DNA of 64,000 nucleotides, from sequence record MF327003. One strand, given 5' to 3'. The translations under genes and the position numbers were made by a program. The notes beneath the pieces are model-generated. The model had not been told where the DNA came from, made no database searches, and saw only the letters and a list, made by a program, of their open reading frames with translations. Shown one piece after another: positions 14,632 to 23,420 of the stretch. Origin of the DNA: Shigella phage Sf14. Position 1 is the stretch's first letter. Each line of letters starts with the position of its first letter.

Positions 14632-14930
14632 TGTCTCTTTCATGGTCTACAGACACAGTTGATGCTGACGGTAACCAGCTTAAAGTTTTACCACCTCCAG
14701 AAATTCAAGCCACTGGCCTATTAAGGGGTGAACCTATGGGTCGTCAGTGGTTTAACTATATTATCAACTATTTGCTTAACAAAGTAAATGGTACGGTTGG
14801 AGAGGTTCGTTCATTTGCTACGGAGCAACCTGATTTAGTTTCCAATGGTTGGGAATTAATTGACACAGTAACAGGAACTGCACCCACTAGCACGACTAAC
14901 CTTTACACATACGAATATAAAGGGAGCTAA
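14631..14930 (+). CDS. small tail protein, unknown
   Basis: 99 aa, coupled between baseplate genes and tail fibre. Confidence 0.3.
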   Translation: MSLSWSTDTVDADGNQLKVLPPPEIQATGLLRGEPMGRQWFNYIINYLLNKVNGTVGEVRSFATEQPDLVSNGWELIDTVTGTAPTSTTNLYTYEYKGS

Positions 14931-14932
14931 TA

Positions 14933-16108
14933 ATGCCAGTCGGTGAAATTCAAATTAGTGCATTGCCTCAAGCCTCATTGCCTATTGATTTAAGTGATAT
15001 CTTTCACCTTAAGCAAGGTATCGAGGATAAACGATGCACACTTGAGCAATTACTTGCTCCACACGCATCTTTAAGAAATAACCCACACGGTGTTACAAAG
15101 GTTCACGTAGAACTCGGTAATGTTGTTAACGCACTCCAATTAGTGGCTGCTAATAACTTGTCAGACGTGGTTAGTGTTGAAGAGGCTAGGCAGAACCTTA
15201 ATATTCTATCAAGTGATGAAGTTAATGCCCTTATTCAGAATCACATTAATGACAAGAATAACCCTCACAACACTAACAAGATTCAAGTAGGTTTGTCTAA
15301 TATTCAAAACTGGACATATTCAAACTCTTACTCTGAGGATGCTGATAAGTATGCTACTGCAAAAGCTGTGAATGCTTTATACAGGGCTATCCAGAATAGC
15401 TATCCAATCGGTACTATTCATTTGTCAGTTAACCCTGCAAACCCATCTACATATTTACTTTGTGGTGGTACTTGGGAGTTAGTTTCTAAAGGAAGGTCTC
15501 TTGTCGGTTATGACACAGATACAAGACCTGTAGAATCAGTATTTGGTTCTGCTACTGTAACACTTACACAAAATAACATTCCAAGTCACACACACTCTGT
15601 GTTGTTAACTGGTGGTGGACACTCCCACAATGCAACAGTAGTAATTTCTAGCTTTGACTATGGGACTAAGAGCACATCAAGTTTTGATTATGGCTCTAAG
15701 GCCACAAACGACTCTGGAAGCCACGCTCATAATGTTAATGGTTCTGTGAGTAGTGCTGGTAGTCACAGCCACAGGATTCCATTGAGGGGTTCTGACAGGG
15801 GTGGTGTGAACGCTATTACGGCAACGGCTGATGCAGGTGTTGGTAATGCGTCATATACAGACTTTGATGGGGTTCACACACATACCTTCAACGTTAACTC
15901 TTCAGTTGGTGGTAACCACTCTCACAGTGTGTATATCGGAGCACATGGACACAGTGTTGCAATTGGTTCACATGGACACTCAGGTACTGTGACAGTTCAA
16001 TCTTCTGAGCACACTCACTCAGGTACAACTGGTGCATTTGGTGCTGGACAAGCATTTAATATTGAGCAACCTTCTTATGTTGTATATGTTTGGAAGAGAA
16101 CTGCGTAA
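14933..16108 (+). CDS. tail fibre protein with NPH-type fibre repeats, collar-like domain and His-rich HxH C-terminal region
   Basis: Repeats NNPHGVTKVHVELGNVVNA / NNPHNTNKIQVGLSNIQNW; collar-like segment PIGTIHLSVNPANPSTYLLCGGTWE; many HxH triplets (HSH, HAH, HTH, HGH); ends VWKRTA. Confidence 0.6.
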   Translation: MPVGEIQISALPQASLPIDLSDIFHLKQGIEDKRCTLEQLLAPHASLRNNPHGVTKVHVELGNVVNALQLVAANNLSDVVSVEEARQNLNILSSDEVNALIQNHINDKNNPHNTNKIQVGLSNIQNWTYSNSYSEDADKYATAKAVNALYRAIQNSYPIGTIHLSVNPANPSTYLLCGGTWELVSKGRSLVGYDTDTRPVESVFGSATVTLTQNNIPSHTHSVLLTGGGHSHNATVVISSFDYGTKSTSSFDYGSKATNDSGSHAHNVNGSVSSAGSHSHRIPLRGSDRGGVNAITATADAGVGNASYTDFDGVHTHTFNVNSSVGGNHSHSVYIGAHGHSVAIGSHGHSGTVTVQSSEHTHSGTTGAFGAGQAFNIEQPSYVVYVWKRTA

Positions 16109-16119
16109 TTATTTTATAA

Positions 16120-16136
16120 GGGGCTACACAGCCCCT
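16120..16136 (+). other. GC hairpin GGGGCTACACAGCCCC between the two tail fibre genes (no T-run)
   Basis: Perfect 6-bp GC stem; same GGGGCT...AGCCCC arms as hairpins at 48213 and 53075. Confidence 0.4.
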
Positions 16137-16153
16137 AGAAAGAGGATTTATAA

Positions 16154-18532
16154 ATGGCTGAATATAAGCTAAGTGAGCTAAACAGTATTGATACAGTTCG
16201 CTCAGAAGATTTACTTCACCTAAGAATTATCAAAAGGTCTGATATGCTAGGTGATGAAGACCGTAAAATGACCTATGCAAATTTCCTTGCCTCTTTCAAA
16301 CTAGAAAGATTCTTACAACTAACTGGTGGGGATATGACAGGGAATCTTGGCATCGTCAAATTAAGATACGGTGGAAAAGACTTATTAGACCCAACAGGTT
16401 CTTCTGAGGTTATTCTCGGTGACACTGCCAAGACCTTTAGAATTAATGCAAGTGCTTTAAGATTAACTGTAAATGATGCCACAAGGTCTGCAACAGTTTA
16501 TCACACACTTAATAAACCATCTCCTAATGAATTAGGTATGAGAACTAATACTGAAAATGATGCAAGATACGCTATGAAGGAAACTGAAAATACCTTCTTG
16601 GCAAGACAAATCATTAATATCAACGGTGTTGGTTTGACACTTAAAAGTATCTTACCAGATGGTGGAGCATATATTGAAGCAAGAGACTCAAATAATGCTT
16701 TGAGATTCACAGTTGGTAACTTGACTTCTGGGACTGATGTTACATTAGTTAACAGCAAAGGTGCTACGTTGACTCTTGGTACAAACTCTGTTAGTGTTGA
16801 CAAGAACTTTGAAATCAATGGTCAGGTTCAGCCTAATAACTGGAACAACCTTGATGCAAGATTCTTTACACAGACTGCTGCTGACCAGAGATTTGCAAGA
16901 CTTAATGCAAGTAATAACTTTGTTGGGGTTAACAACTTCAACGGGAAGACTTATGTTATTGCAGATAGTAATGCACTTAACTTAAGAGCGGCTTCAGAGA
17001 ATGCTGCATTATTTATGCGTGGTTACAACAGTGCTGGGACAGGTGCTTGGTATGTGGGTCAACCAGATGGTACGCAGTCTGAGATTGTTTTAGCAAACCA
17101 GATGACAAATGTTAACTTGAAAATTGCTACAGAGTTTTCATTTAACAAAGCTATTAATGTAACTGGTCAGGTAAAACCAAGTGACTTCGCAAACTTTGAT
17201 ACAAGATATGTTCCAAGCTCTTTAACAAACGTGCTTGCAAGAACTAATGCTGCAAACGTTTTTACTAACCCACAAACTATTGTTACTACAGATGCGGCTT
17301 TCACATTGCAAAGTGGGACAGCTAATTCATCACTATATATTGTTGGTGCTAATGCAGATGGAAACAGACGTTGGTATGTTGGTAACGGTGAAGGTAGTAG
17401 ACCAAACTCTCTGTTCCTGTACAACTACTCAAGCGGTGGTGTACAGTTAGAAATTGCTGATACTTTCATGTTTAATAGAAGCGTATCAGTATCTGGTCAG
17501 GTTCAGCCTACAGATTGGACAAACTTTGACTCAAGATACTACACACAATCTGCTGCAAACTCAAGATATATGTTGTCTGGTGTATCTGGAACGGGAACCG
17601 AAGTCGGTGATGCAACAGGTATTGCTTGGAATGCAAAAACAGGTTTGTACAATGTTACCAACTCAACTGGTGGTTCGACTCACTTAGTTTACCAAATGTA
17701 CCTTGGAATTGGCGCATCCACACCTTCTGCACAGCTTAAATTTAACTATAAGAATGGTGGAATCCACTATAGAACAGCAAGGGATGCTTTTGGTTTTGAA
17801 GAGGCTTGGGCTAAAATCTACACAGACCAAGACAAACCTACACCTTCCGAGATTGGTACTTACACCAAGGCTGAAGTAGACCAACGTATTGCTTCTGCTG
17901 TAACTGATTCTACAGACCTTAAAAAAGTGTATCCAGTTGGTATTGTGACGTTCTTTGCTTCTAATGTCAACCCAAATACAGCTTTCCCAGGCACTACTTG
18001 GACTTACTTGACAGAAGGTGCAAACAGAACTATTAGAATCGGCTCTGCGAATGGCTCTGATGTGAAAGGTCTTGGGGGTGCTGATACGGTTGCATTAAGT
18101 GTTGGTCACATCCCTGCGCACACTCACGGATTCTCTGGAACGACTTCTTGGTTTGACTATGGTACTAAGTACACAGATGCTCAGGGTGCTCACGACCATG
18201 ACAGAGGTAACATGGAAATATCTGGGGTGTTCGGGTGGTTCAGAAGTGATAATGCTGCATTCTATACTGCAAGTGGTGCTTTTGCAATGGGTGGTAGTCA
18301 GGCTTCTCATGGTTTCACTGGTTCTAACTTCACATATGGTGCTCCAGTTGATTTCTATGCTTCCAGAACTTGGACGGGTAGAACAAGCTGGGTAGGTGCT
18401 CATGCTCACGGTGTAGGTATTGGTGGACACAACCACACATTTAGTGGTGATACTGGTGCAACTGGTTCTGGTGCAGCATTCAGTGTTCTTAACACTTACA
18501 TTAAATTAATGGCTTGGGTAAGAACTGCATAA
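16154..18532 (+). CDS. long tail fibre protein (paralog of upstream fibre)
   Basis: 792 aa; LTGGDMTGNL N-terminal fibre motif; three internal repeats of the form NxSVxxxGQVQPxxWxNxDxR(Y/F)xTQ(S/T)AA; collar-like VYPVGIVTFFASNVNPNTAFPGTTWT; HxH-rich C-terminus ending AWVRTA. Confidence 0.65.
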   Translation: MAEYKLSELNSIDTVRSEDLLHLRIIKRSDMLGDEDRKMTYANFLASFKLERFLQLTGGDMTGNLGIVKLRYGGKDLLDPTGSSEVILGDTAKTFRINASALRLTVNDATRSATVYHTLNKPSPNELGMRTNTENDARYAMKETENTFLARQIININGVGLTLKSILPDGGAYIEARDSNNALRFTVGNLTSGTDVTLVNSKGATLTLGTNSVSVDKNFEINGQVQPNNWNNLDARFFTQTAADQRFARLNASNNFVGVNNFNGKTYVIADSNALNLRAASENAALFMRGYNSAGTGAWYVGQPDGTQSEIVLANQMTNVNLKIATEFSFNKAINVTGQVKPSDFANFDTRYVPSSLTNVLARTNAANVFTNPQTIVTTDAAFTLQSGTANSSLYIVGANADGNRRWYVGNGEGSRPNSLFLYNYSSGGVQLEIADTFMFNRSVSVSGQVQPTDWTNFDSRYYTQSAANSRYMLSGVSGTGTEVGDATGIAWNAKTGLYNVTNSTGGSTHLVYQMYLGIGASTPSAQLKFNYKNGGIHYRTARDAFGFEEAWAKIYTDQDKPTPSEIGTYTKAEVDQRIASAVTDSTDLKKVYPVGIVTFFASNVNPNTAFPGTTWTYLTEGANRTIRIGSANGSDVKGLGGADTVALSVGHIPAHTHGFSGTTSWFDYGTKYTDAQGAHDHDRGNMEISGVFGWFRSDNAAFYTASGAFAMGGSQASHGFTGSNFTYGAPVDFYASRTWTGRTSWVGAHAHGVGIGGHNHTFSGDTGATGSGAAFSVLNTYIKLMAWVRTA

Positions 18533-18540
18533 TTACCTTG

Positions 18541-18569
18541 TTGACTAACTGTCAAGATGGTGTTAATAT
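18541..18569 (+). promoter_or_regulatory. sigma70-like promoter TTGACT-17-TAATAT upstream of 18619 gene, flanked by inverted repeat
   Basis: TTGACT 18541-18546, TAATAT 18564-18569; perfect 10-bp inverted repeat CAAGATGGTG (18553-18562) / CACCATCTTG (18587-18596). Confidence 0.45.
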
Positions 18570-18618
18570 TTCTTAGTAGGTATTCTCACCATCTTGGCTC
18601 AAGAAGTAAGGTGATTAA

Positions 18619-18813
18619 ATGCCAACCATTCTAGCAATCCTCATGAAAAACCTTGGGGCATTCTTTTGGAAGCTTCTTTTTTCTCTTCTCAGTGAATACA
18701 TGATTGAAAAAGTGTTCTTTAAGCTTGCAAGATACCTTGCGAGTAAAACAGATACACCTATTGATGATGAATTTGTAGATACCTTGGAAAAGGCTTTTAA
18801 AGGTGAGAAATAA
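18619..18813 (+). CDS. small hydrophobic protein (holin-like candidate)
   Basis: 64 aa, hydrophobic N-terminal half, AAGGTGA RBS. Confidence 0.3.
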   Translation: MPTILAILMKNLGAFFWKLLFSLLSEYMIEKVFFKLARYLASKTDTPIDDEFVDTLEKAFKGEK

Positions 18814-19187
18814 TGAAGTGGCTTGAAGATGCTTTTAAGAATAATATTGGTGCAATCGTTGTAGGTATTTTCAGTGTAATTGGTATGTACACTACAATGC
18901 AGGTCTCTGATGGTAAACAGGAAGTGTCTATCACAAATAAGTTACAGCAGTTGGATGGTTACTCAAAAGGTAACTATTCAGCTATTCGTGACTTACAATC
19001 TGATATGAAGCTCCTACAATTAGGGATGGAGAACCAGAAAGTTCAGCTAGAGAATGTTAAGGGAGAAAACGCTAAGTTGACTAAGACCCTTGATAAGTTC
19101 TCTGACAGTGTTAACAACTTAGCACAATCTGTATCAGCTTTGCAAGCAATTACAGAACAAAATACCCAAAGCACTAAAAAGAAATAA
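18813..19187 (+). CDS. membrane-anchored coiled-coil protein
   Basis: 124 aa, one N-terminal TM segment (IGAIVVGIFSVIGMY) then coiled-coil; ATGA overlap with upstream gene. Confidence 0.3.
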   Translation: MKWLEDAFKNNIGAIVVGIFSVIGMYTTMQVSDGKQEVSITNKLQQLDGYSKGNYSAIRDLQSDMKLLQLGMENQKVQLENVKGENAKLTKTLDKFSDSVNNLAQSVSALQAITEQNTQSTKKK

Positions 19188-19192
19188 TTCTA

Positions 19193-19218
19193 AGGCTCCT
19201 TTTTACGGGAGCCTTTTT
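19193..19218. terminator. bidirectional intrinsic terminator between convergent transcription units
   Basis: AGGCTCC...GGGAGCCT stem flanked by A-run upstream and TTTTTGTTT downstream; sits between + strand gene end (19187) and - strand thymidylate synthase end (19223). Confidence 0.65.
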
Positions 19219-19222
19219 GTTT

Positions 19223-20122
19223 CTACTTACCTACTGATAAAGGTGCTTCAATCTTACCAGCATGTTTATACCCTTTCAATCCACCTAGGAAGTCATCTGC
19301 TGTCATATGTCTCAAATCTTCAAGGGACTTCAAATCTTGATGAATTTCAAACTTAGGTGCTGGAAACTCTTCATTGCCAAGAAGCTGAAAAACCTGCGAC
19401 ATATGGTTCTGATAGATTTGAGTATCACCATAAGTCCCTACCAGATATCGCGGTGTATATCCCGTCAGTTTACACAATACTTCCAAGATAAAGGCATAGG
19501 AAGCAATGTTAAACGGTAACCCTAAGAACGTATCACAAGAGCGCTGATACCATTTCAAATCCACCTCATTAGTGTTCGAGATATAAATCTGAAAAAGTAC
19601 ATGGCAAGGTGCTAATGCCATAGAGTTACTTGAGATATCTGCTGCATTCCATGCGTTAACGAGCATGTAACGGTCTGTAGGAGACTTTCTCATCTTCTCT
19701 ACAAGATTACTCAACTGGTCTACAACAACGCCACCATGACCTTCGTAGGCTCTCCATTGGACCCCATAGATTCTTCCTCCAGCGTCCTCCAGCCAATCAT
19801 TCTCTGTAGCATAGGTTGTTTTCAACCAACGTTTAAAATCATCTGTCCAGATAGTCCAACGCTCTCCGTCGTTCTCTCCCCAAGTTCTGTAACGCAAATG
19901 ACCTAGTTGGTTTTCACCGTTCATAAACCATAATGCTTCACCGAGGACTTGACGCATAAATGTTTGTTTTGAGGTGATTAATGGAAATCCACTACGCATA
20001 TCAAAACGGAACTCAGGTGGAGCAAAGGTCGAAATCACTGAGCCAGTTCGGGTTTTACGCAACTCACCAACTGATAAAACATGGTTTAAAATAGCTTTGT
20101 AGCTTACATCTGCTTGTGACAT
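19223..20122 (-). CDS. thyA: thymidylate synthase
   Basis: Hallmark motifs LAPCHVLFQ (catalytic Cys) and DTFLGLPFNIASYA. Confidence 0.9.
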   Translation of the reverse strand: MSQADVSYKAILNHVLSVGELRKTRTGSVISTFAPPEFRFDMRSGFPLITSKQTFMRQVLGEALWFMNGENQLGHLRYRTWGENDGERWTIWTDDFKRWLKTTYATENDWLEDAGGRIYGVQWRAYEGHGGVVVDQLSNLVEKMRKSPTDRYMLVNAWNAADISSNSMALAPCHVLFQIYISNTNEVDLKWYQRSCDTFLGLPFNIASYAFILEVLCKLTGYTPRYLVGTYGDTQIYQNHMSQVFQLLGNEEFPAPKFEIHQDLKSLEDLRHMTADDFLGGLKGYKHAGKIEAPLSVGK

Positions 20123-20123
20123 A

Positions 20124-20669
20124 TTAGAAAAGTCCTCTTACTTGTGGAACATAGGTATCAAACACTACAGACTTGTCTTCTGAAGGTTTGGACTGTACTT
20201 TAGCAAATAAATCTGTGTCATACAAGTACTGGAAGAAACCCTCATAAGGTAGCTTGACAGTAGCCTCTTCAGTAACTTCTTTAATAACACTGTGGAAAAC
20301 TACGTCAGCATACGGCAAAGCTGAGATTAAGATATTGGCTCCACCAATTACTAAAACATCTTCCTCAATAGAACTATCAATATACTTCAGGAAAGCCCCA
20401 AAAGCTTCAGGCTTAACTTTTGCTTTACAATGAGAGTCATCTTTAAAATCCAGACCATAAAAGTCAAGAGAGTTTGTCAAGACAAGGTTCTCACGGTTTG
20501 GCAAAGGTTTGCTACCAAGAGTCTTCCAAGTTTCGCTACCCATCAAGACTAACTGGTTAACAGTCTGCTTCTTAAACTCTGCCATATCTTGTTTATTACG
20601 AGGCCAAGGCATTCCAGTAGCTGTGCCAAACTCCCCGTTAATACCACTTGCAAAAATTAACTTAATCAT
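20124..20669 (-). CDS. dihydrofolate reductase
   Basis: N-terminal GMPWP-type motif (TGMPWPRNKQDMAEFKKQT), LVLMGSETW, VIGGANI; immediately upstream of thyA. Confidence 0.8.
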   Translation of the reverse strand: MIKLIFASGINGEFGTATGMPWPRNKQDMAEFKKQTVNQLVLMGSETWKTLGSKPLPNRENLVLTNSLDFYGLDFKDDSHCKAKVKPEAFGAFLKYIDSSIEEDVLVIGGANILISALPYADVVFHSVIKEVTEEATVKLPYEGFFQYLYDTDLFAKVQSKPSEDKSVVFDTYVPQVRGLF

Positions 20670-20938
20670 TTTGTAAATCCTTTGATAATGAACCAGTTCA
20701 GAACACGCTTCACAATCCTGTTCGGATGGTAAACAAGGTGAGGTTGTGGTTCATAACTTCCATAAGCCCAAAAAGATAAAATCTTTCCACATCCACAGCA
20801 ACGGGTGTACTCTTCAGCGATGTTACCAGAGACAATCTCTGAAACTTCACCTTGGAAGTTCTCACCTCCACAATGGCAGCATTTAACTGGCTCACCATTA
20901 TTCATGTAACACTGTGATACTCCGCTTAAGATTTTCAT
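20666..20938 (-). CDS. small zinc-ribbon protein, unknown
   Basis: 90 aa with CCHCGG...CCGCG cysteine clusters; ATGA overlap with DHFR. Confidence 0.3.
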   Translation of the reverse strand: MKILSGVSQCYMNNGEPVKCCHCGGENFQGEVSEIVSGNIAEEYTRCCGCGKILSFWAYGSYEPQPHLVYHPNRIVKRVLNWFIIKGFTK

Positions 20939-21450
20939 TTTTTGTTTACCTTAAAAGTGCGTTCAAATTTTAGTATGAAATCAAGGTCATCAACTTCACT
21001 TGACAGGAAATCTTCAAAGTGTTTTGGAACAAAGTCTAAGAAACTCATAGAACCAAAGTCACCTGTCAGTTTGATAGTGCCTTGTTCACACTCAGCAGTT
21101 ACTACATGACCACCTTCAGTCTGCTTAACAATCTCTACAATATCAGCTATAAAGATGTTTAGCAATGCTTTAAAGCTTCTTGGATACTGTGTATCTGAGT
21201 AGAGTTCAATACTTGGCTCCAGATTAACTTCAATAGAACGACTGTCACGTAGCTCTGGAGTAAATAAGTGAGCAGGAAGAACACACAAGGAATCAGCAGT
21301 GTCTTCATCAATGAACTCAATAGTTCCTGCATCATAGTTAGTATCAATCAAGAATGTCTTCTCAGTATGATTTGTAGACTTCATATGCTCAGACAACATT
21401 GATTTCAAGAACTCTGCTTCAGGCTGGCAAAGGGTAATTCCAATTTTCAT
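20935..21450 (-). CDS. hypothetical protein
   Basis: 171 aa ORF, coupled in operon. Confidence 0.3.
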   Translation of the reverse strand: MKIGITLCQPEAEFLKSMLSEHMKSTNHTEKTFLIDTNYDAGTIEFIDEDTADSLCVLPAHLFTPELRDSRSIEVNLEPSIELYSDTQYPRSFKALLNIFIADIVEIVKQTEGGHVVTAECEQGTIKLTGDFGSMSFLDFVPKHFEDFLSSEVDDLDFILKFERTFKVNKK

Positions 21451-21451
21451 G

Positions 21452-21955
21452 TTAAACCTCTACAAAAGTATCTTTGTCATTATCATACTTGAAGAATTTT
21501 ATACACTTTTGTGTATTCCAGTCAACCTTTTCATCATAAGCAATACCTTTTGCTACACGCTTTCCAATAGTCTGTGTAATGATTTCACGGAGCTTTACAT
21601 ACTCTTTCCAATCTCTTGAGCCAATAGTTATATTATATTTGTTATAACTATCAATTGCTTGTTCGTTATAGCGTATCTCCATAGGACTTGCAGGTTTGTA
21701 CAGATGGGGTAGTAAATTCCAACCCATATGCCCCTCTTCTTTGGCTAGTTCTAGTTGGTGAAGATATTCATTTAACCGTCCATCTTCCTCAAGCCACCTG
21801 TGAAGTGTCTGCAAGCCTAAGATGTTTTTGTTAAAGTGTGATGCACGTTTCACAGAGCCTAAATCACAACGATAATCTGACTTTGGTAGTGACAGTATGC
21901 TGCCTTGCAATACACTGTACCCAAAGTATAAATCGAGTTTTAAGGGAAGAGACAT
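21452..21955 (-). CDS. hypothetical protein
   Basis: 167 aa ORF. Confidence 0.3.
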   Translation of the reverse strand: MSLPLKLDLYFGYSVLQGSILSLPKSDYRCDLGSVKRASHFNKNILGLQTLHRWLEEDGRLNEYLHQLELAKEEGHMGWNLLPHLYKPASPMEIRYNEQAIDSYNKYNITIGSRDWKEYVKLREIITQTIGKRVAKGIAYDEKVDWNTQKCIKFFKYDNDKDTFVEV

Positions 21956-22299
21956 TTGATATCCTCATTTTTAAACACAAAAGTTGTGTAGTTGTGACCG
22001 TCAACATCTAACCAGACAGCCTTGACTTCAACACCATCTAGGTTCTCTGACAACTCTTTGATGAAGTGGTCTCGTACCTTTTTGGCACTGGTGGTTTCAA
22101 GTTTGATGTTAGAGATTGCAGAGCCAATTGCCATATAACCTCTTACACGGTTTGCTTCAGTATGCTTCATACCACCAGTTGTGTAAACCTCTTTCAAGGT
22201 CTCCAGAATTGCATTACCATAAAGCTTCTCTGCTGGAGTTGGTTTACTATAGAAGCCAATTGCAAAGTTATCGTTAAAGATTGCATTTTCACGTTTCAT
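21940..22299 (-). CDS. hypothetical protein
   Basis: 119 aa ORF. Confidence 0.3.
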   Translation of the reverse strand: MKRENAIFNDNFAIGFYSKPTPAEKLYGNAILETLKEVYTTGGMKHTEANRVRGYMAIGSAISNIKLETTSAKKVRDHFIKELSENLDGVEVKAVWLDVDGHNYTTFVFKNEDIKCLFP

Positions 22300-22300
22300 A

Positions 22301-22600
22301 TTAATCTGCCAGCCTTAAGTTAAAATTTACACCAAGTTTTGTACAAGCATTAAGCATGTACTCTAAAGAAATCTTTTGAGGGTCGTTAATGATATTTGAT
22401 ACACGACTCTGTGAGATTTCACAAACAGTTGCTACTTGAGCCTGAGAAAGTTTTAGCTTCTCAATCTCTTTAGAGAATCTGAAAGATACAAAGTCTTTCA
22501 TCTCTTCTATATCCATTGGACAGACATAACTCTCCATTTCAGCCTCTCTATCAGCCTCCCAAGAATCTTGAGGTGCATATGGGTCAAAGACTTCATTCAT
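22301..22600 (-). CDS. XRE-type helix-turn-helix protein
   Basis: C-terminal HTH LSQAQVATVCEISQSRVSNI; acidic N-terminus. Confidence 0.45.
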   Translation of the reverse strand: MNEVFDPYAPQDSWEADREAEMESYVCPMDIEEMKDFVSFRFSKEIEKLKLSQAQVATVCEISQSRVSNIINDPQKISLEYMLNACTKLGVNFNLRLAD

Positions 22601-22796
22601 CTTTCTTTCTCCGTTTTCGAGAAGTGTCTATTAACGAATCAAGATTAGTTGCTCTGACGTTTTCACGAGTCCCATTAATGTAGTTATCTAAAGACTCTAC
22701 AACGGTTGCAAAATCATTAGCCCAAACTCTGTAAATAACTACTCCGTCATCATCGACCACTTCACCATAGTCTGTTCTACAGATGTTCTTCCTCAT
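22593..22796 (-). CDS. small hypothetical protein upstream of HTH gene
   Basis: 67 aa ORF overlapping HTH gene start by 8 bp. Confidence 0.3.
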   Translation of the reverse strand: MRKNICRTDYGEVVDDDGVVIYRVWANDFATVVESLDNYINGTRENVRATNLDSLIDTSRKRRKKDE

Positions 22797-22798
22797 GA

Positions 22799-23179
22799 TT
22801 ATAAACCCATGCAGTGACGATTTTCAATAAAGTATTGAACACCTTTGAAAGACTCACGCATAAAGTTGTCTTTCACATCTTCTACAGTCTCAATACCTTT
22901 GCTATCAAGAAGGTCAACGTTCTGAGTGACCATCTCATCTGCTAATCTGTCATAGTAATCTCCCATAAAATGGTAGTTGTAGTCAACCATCTTATCAGTC
23001 ATTTCTTGAACAGTCTGAGCAGACAACGGTTTAGTCAACTCTCCAGCATTTGAAGCGATTTTCTGTACAATCTTACAAGATTCTAAAGCAACACCATTAA
23101 AGTTTGCTTCAGGCATCTTCATAGCTGCTGCACTAAAACTCATACCAAGAGCAACAATACCAACAAGTAACTTTTTCAT
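22799..23179 (-). CDS. secreted/periplasmic protein, unknown function
   Basis: N-terminal signal peptide MKKLLVGIVALGMSFSAAA; GGAGG RBS. Confidence 0.4.
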   Translation of the reverse strand: MKKLLVGIVALGMSFSAAAMKMPEANFNGVALESCKIVQKIASNAGELTKPLSAQTVQEMTDKMVDYNYHFMGDYYDRLADEMVTQNVDLLDSKGIETVEDVKDNFMRESFKGVQYFIENRHCMGL

Positions 23180-23196
23180 AACTACCTCCGAGGTTT

Positions 23197-23243
23197 CTGA
23201 CGGGTTCCTATATAATTTTCTATATAGGTAGTATACCCGTCAG
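23197..23243. other. 47-bp near-palindrome (nested inverted repeats) just upstream of RBS of 22799..23179
   Basis: Outer arms CTGACGGGT / ACCCGTCAG, inner arms CCTATATA / TATATAGG. Confidence 0.5.
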
Positions 23244-23262
23244 GTTACTCATGTCAACAACT

Positions 23263-23412
23263 TTATACTAAATACATTCTAACTGCTGCATTCACTGCAA
23301 ATGATAACAGAGTAAGGGCTAAGGCTGCTTTGTATGTTATACTTAACAGTTTACTTATGAAGTAAGATAATGATAAAACAACAAAAACAAACAGGATAAT
23401 TGTACTAAACAT
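23263..23412 (-). CDS. small membrane protein candidate (49 aa, below ORF-track cutoff)
   Basis: ATG with AGAGG RBS (5-nt spacing); two hydrophobic segments; read manually from sequence. Confidence 0.3.
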   Translation of the reverse strand: MFSTIILFVFVVLSLSYFISKLLSITYKAALALTLLSFAVNAAVRMYLV

Positions 23413-23420
23413 ACTAACCT

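Noticed and set aside
14933-18532. Diversity-generating retroelement targeting the tail fibres
   Set aside because: No reverse transcriptase gene and no template/variable repeat pair recognised in the window; the fibre similarity is protein-level paralogy.
23180-23420. tRNA genes in the larger non-coding gaps (also 58852-59355 and 28493-28751)
   Set aside because: No cloverleaf-compatible segments with GTTC-type T-arm were recognised by eye; a tRNA scan would be needed to be certain.
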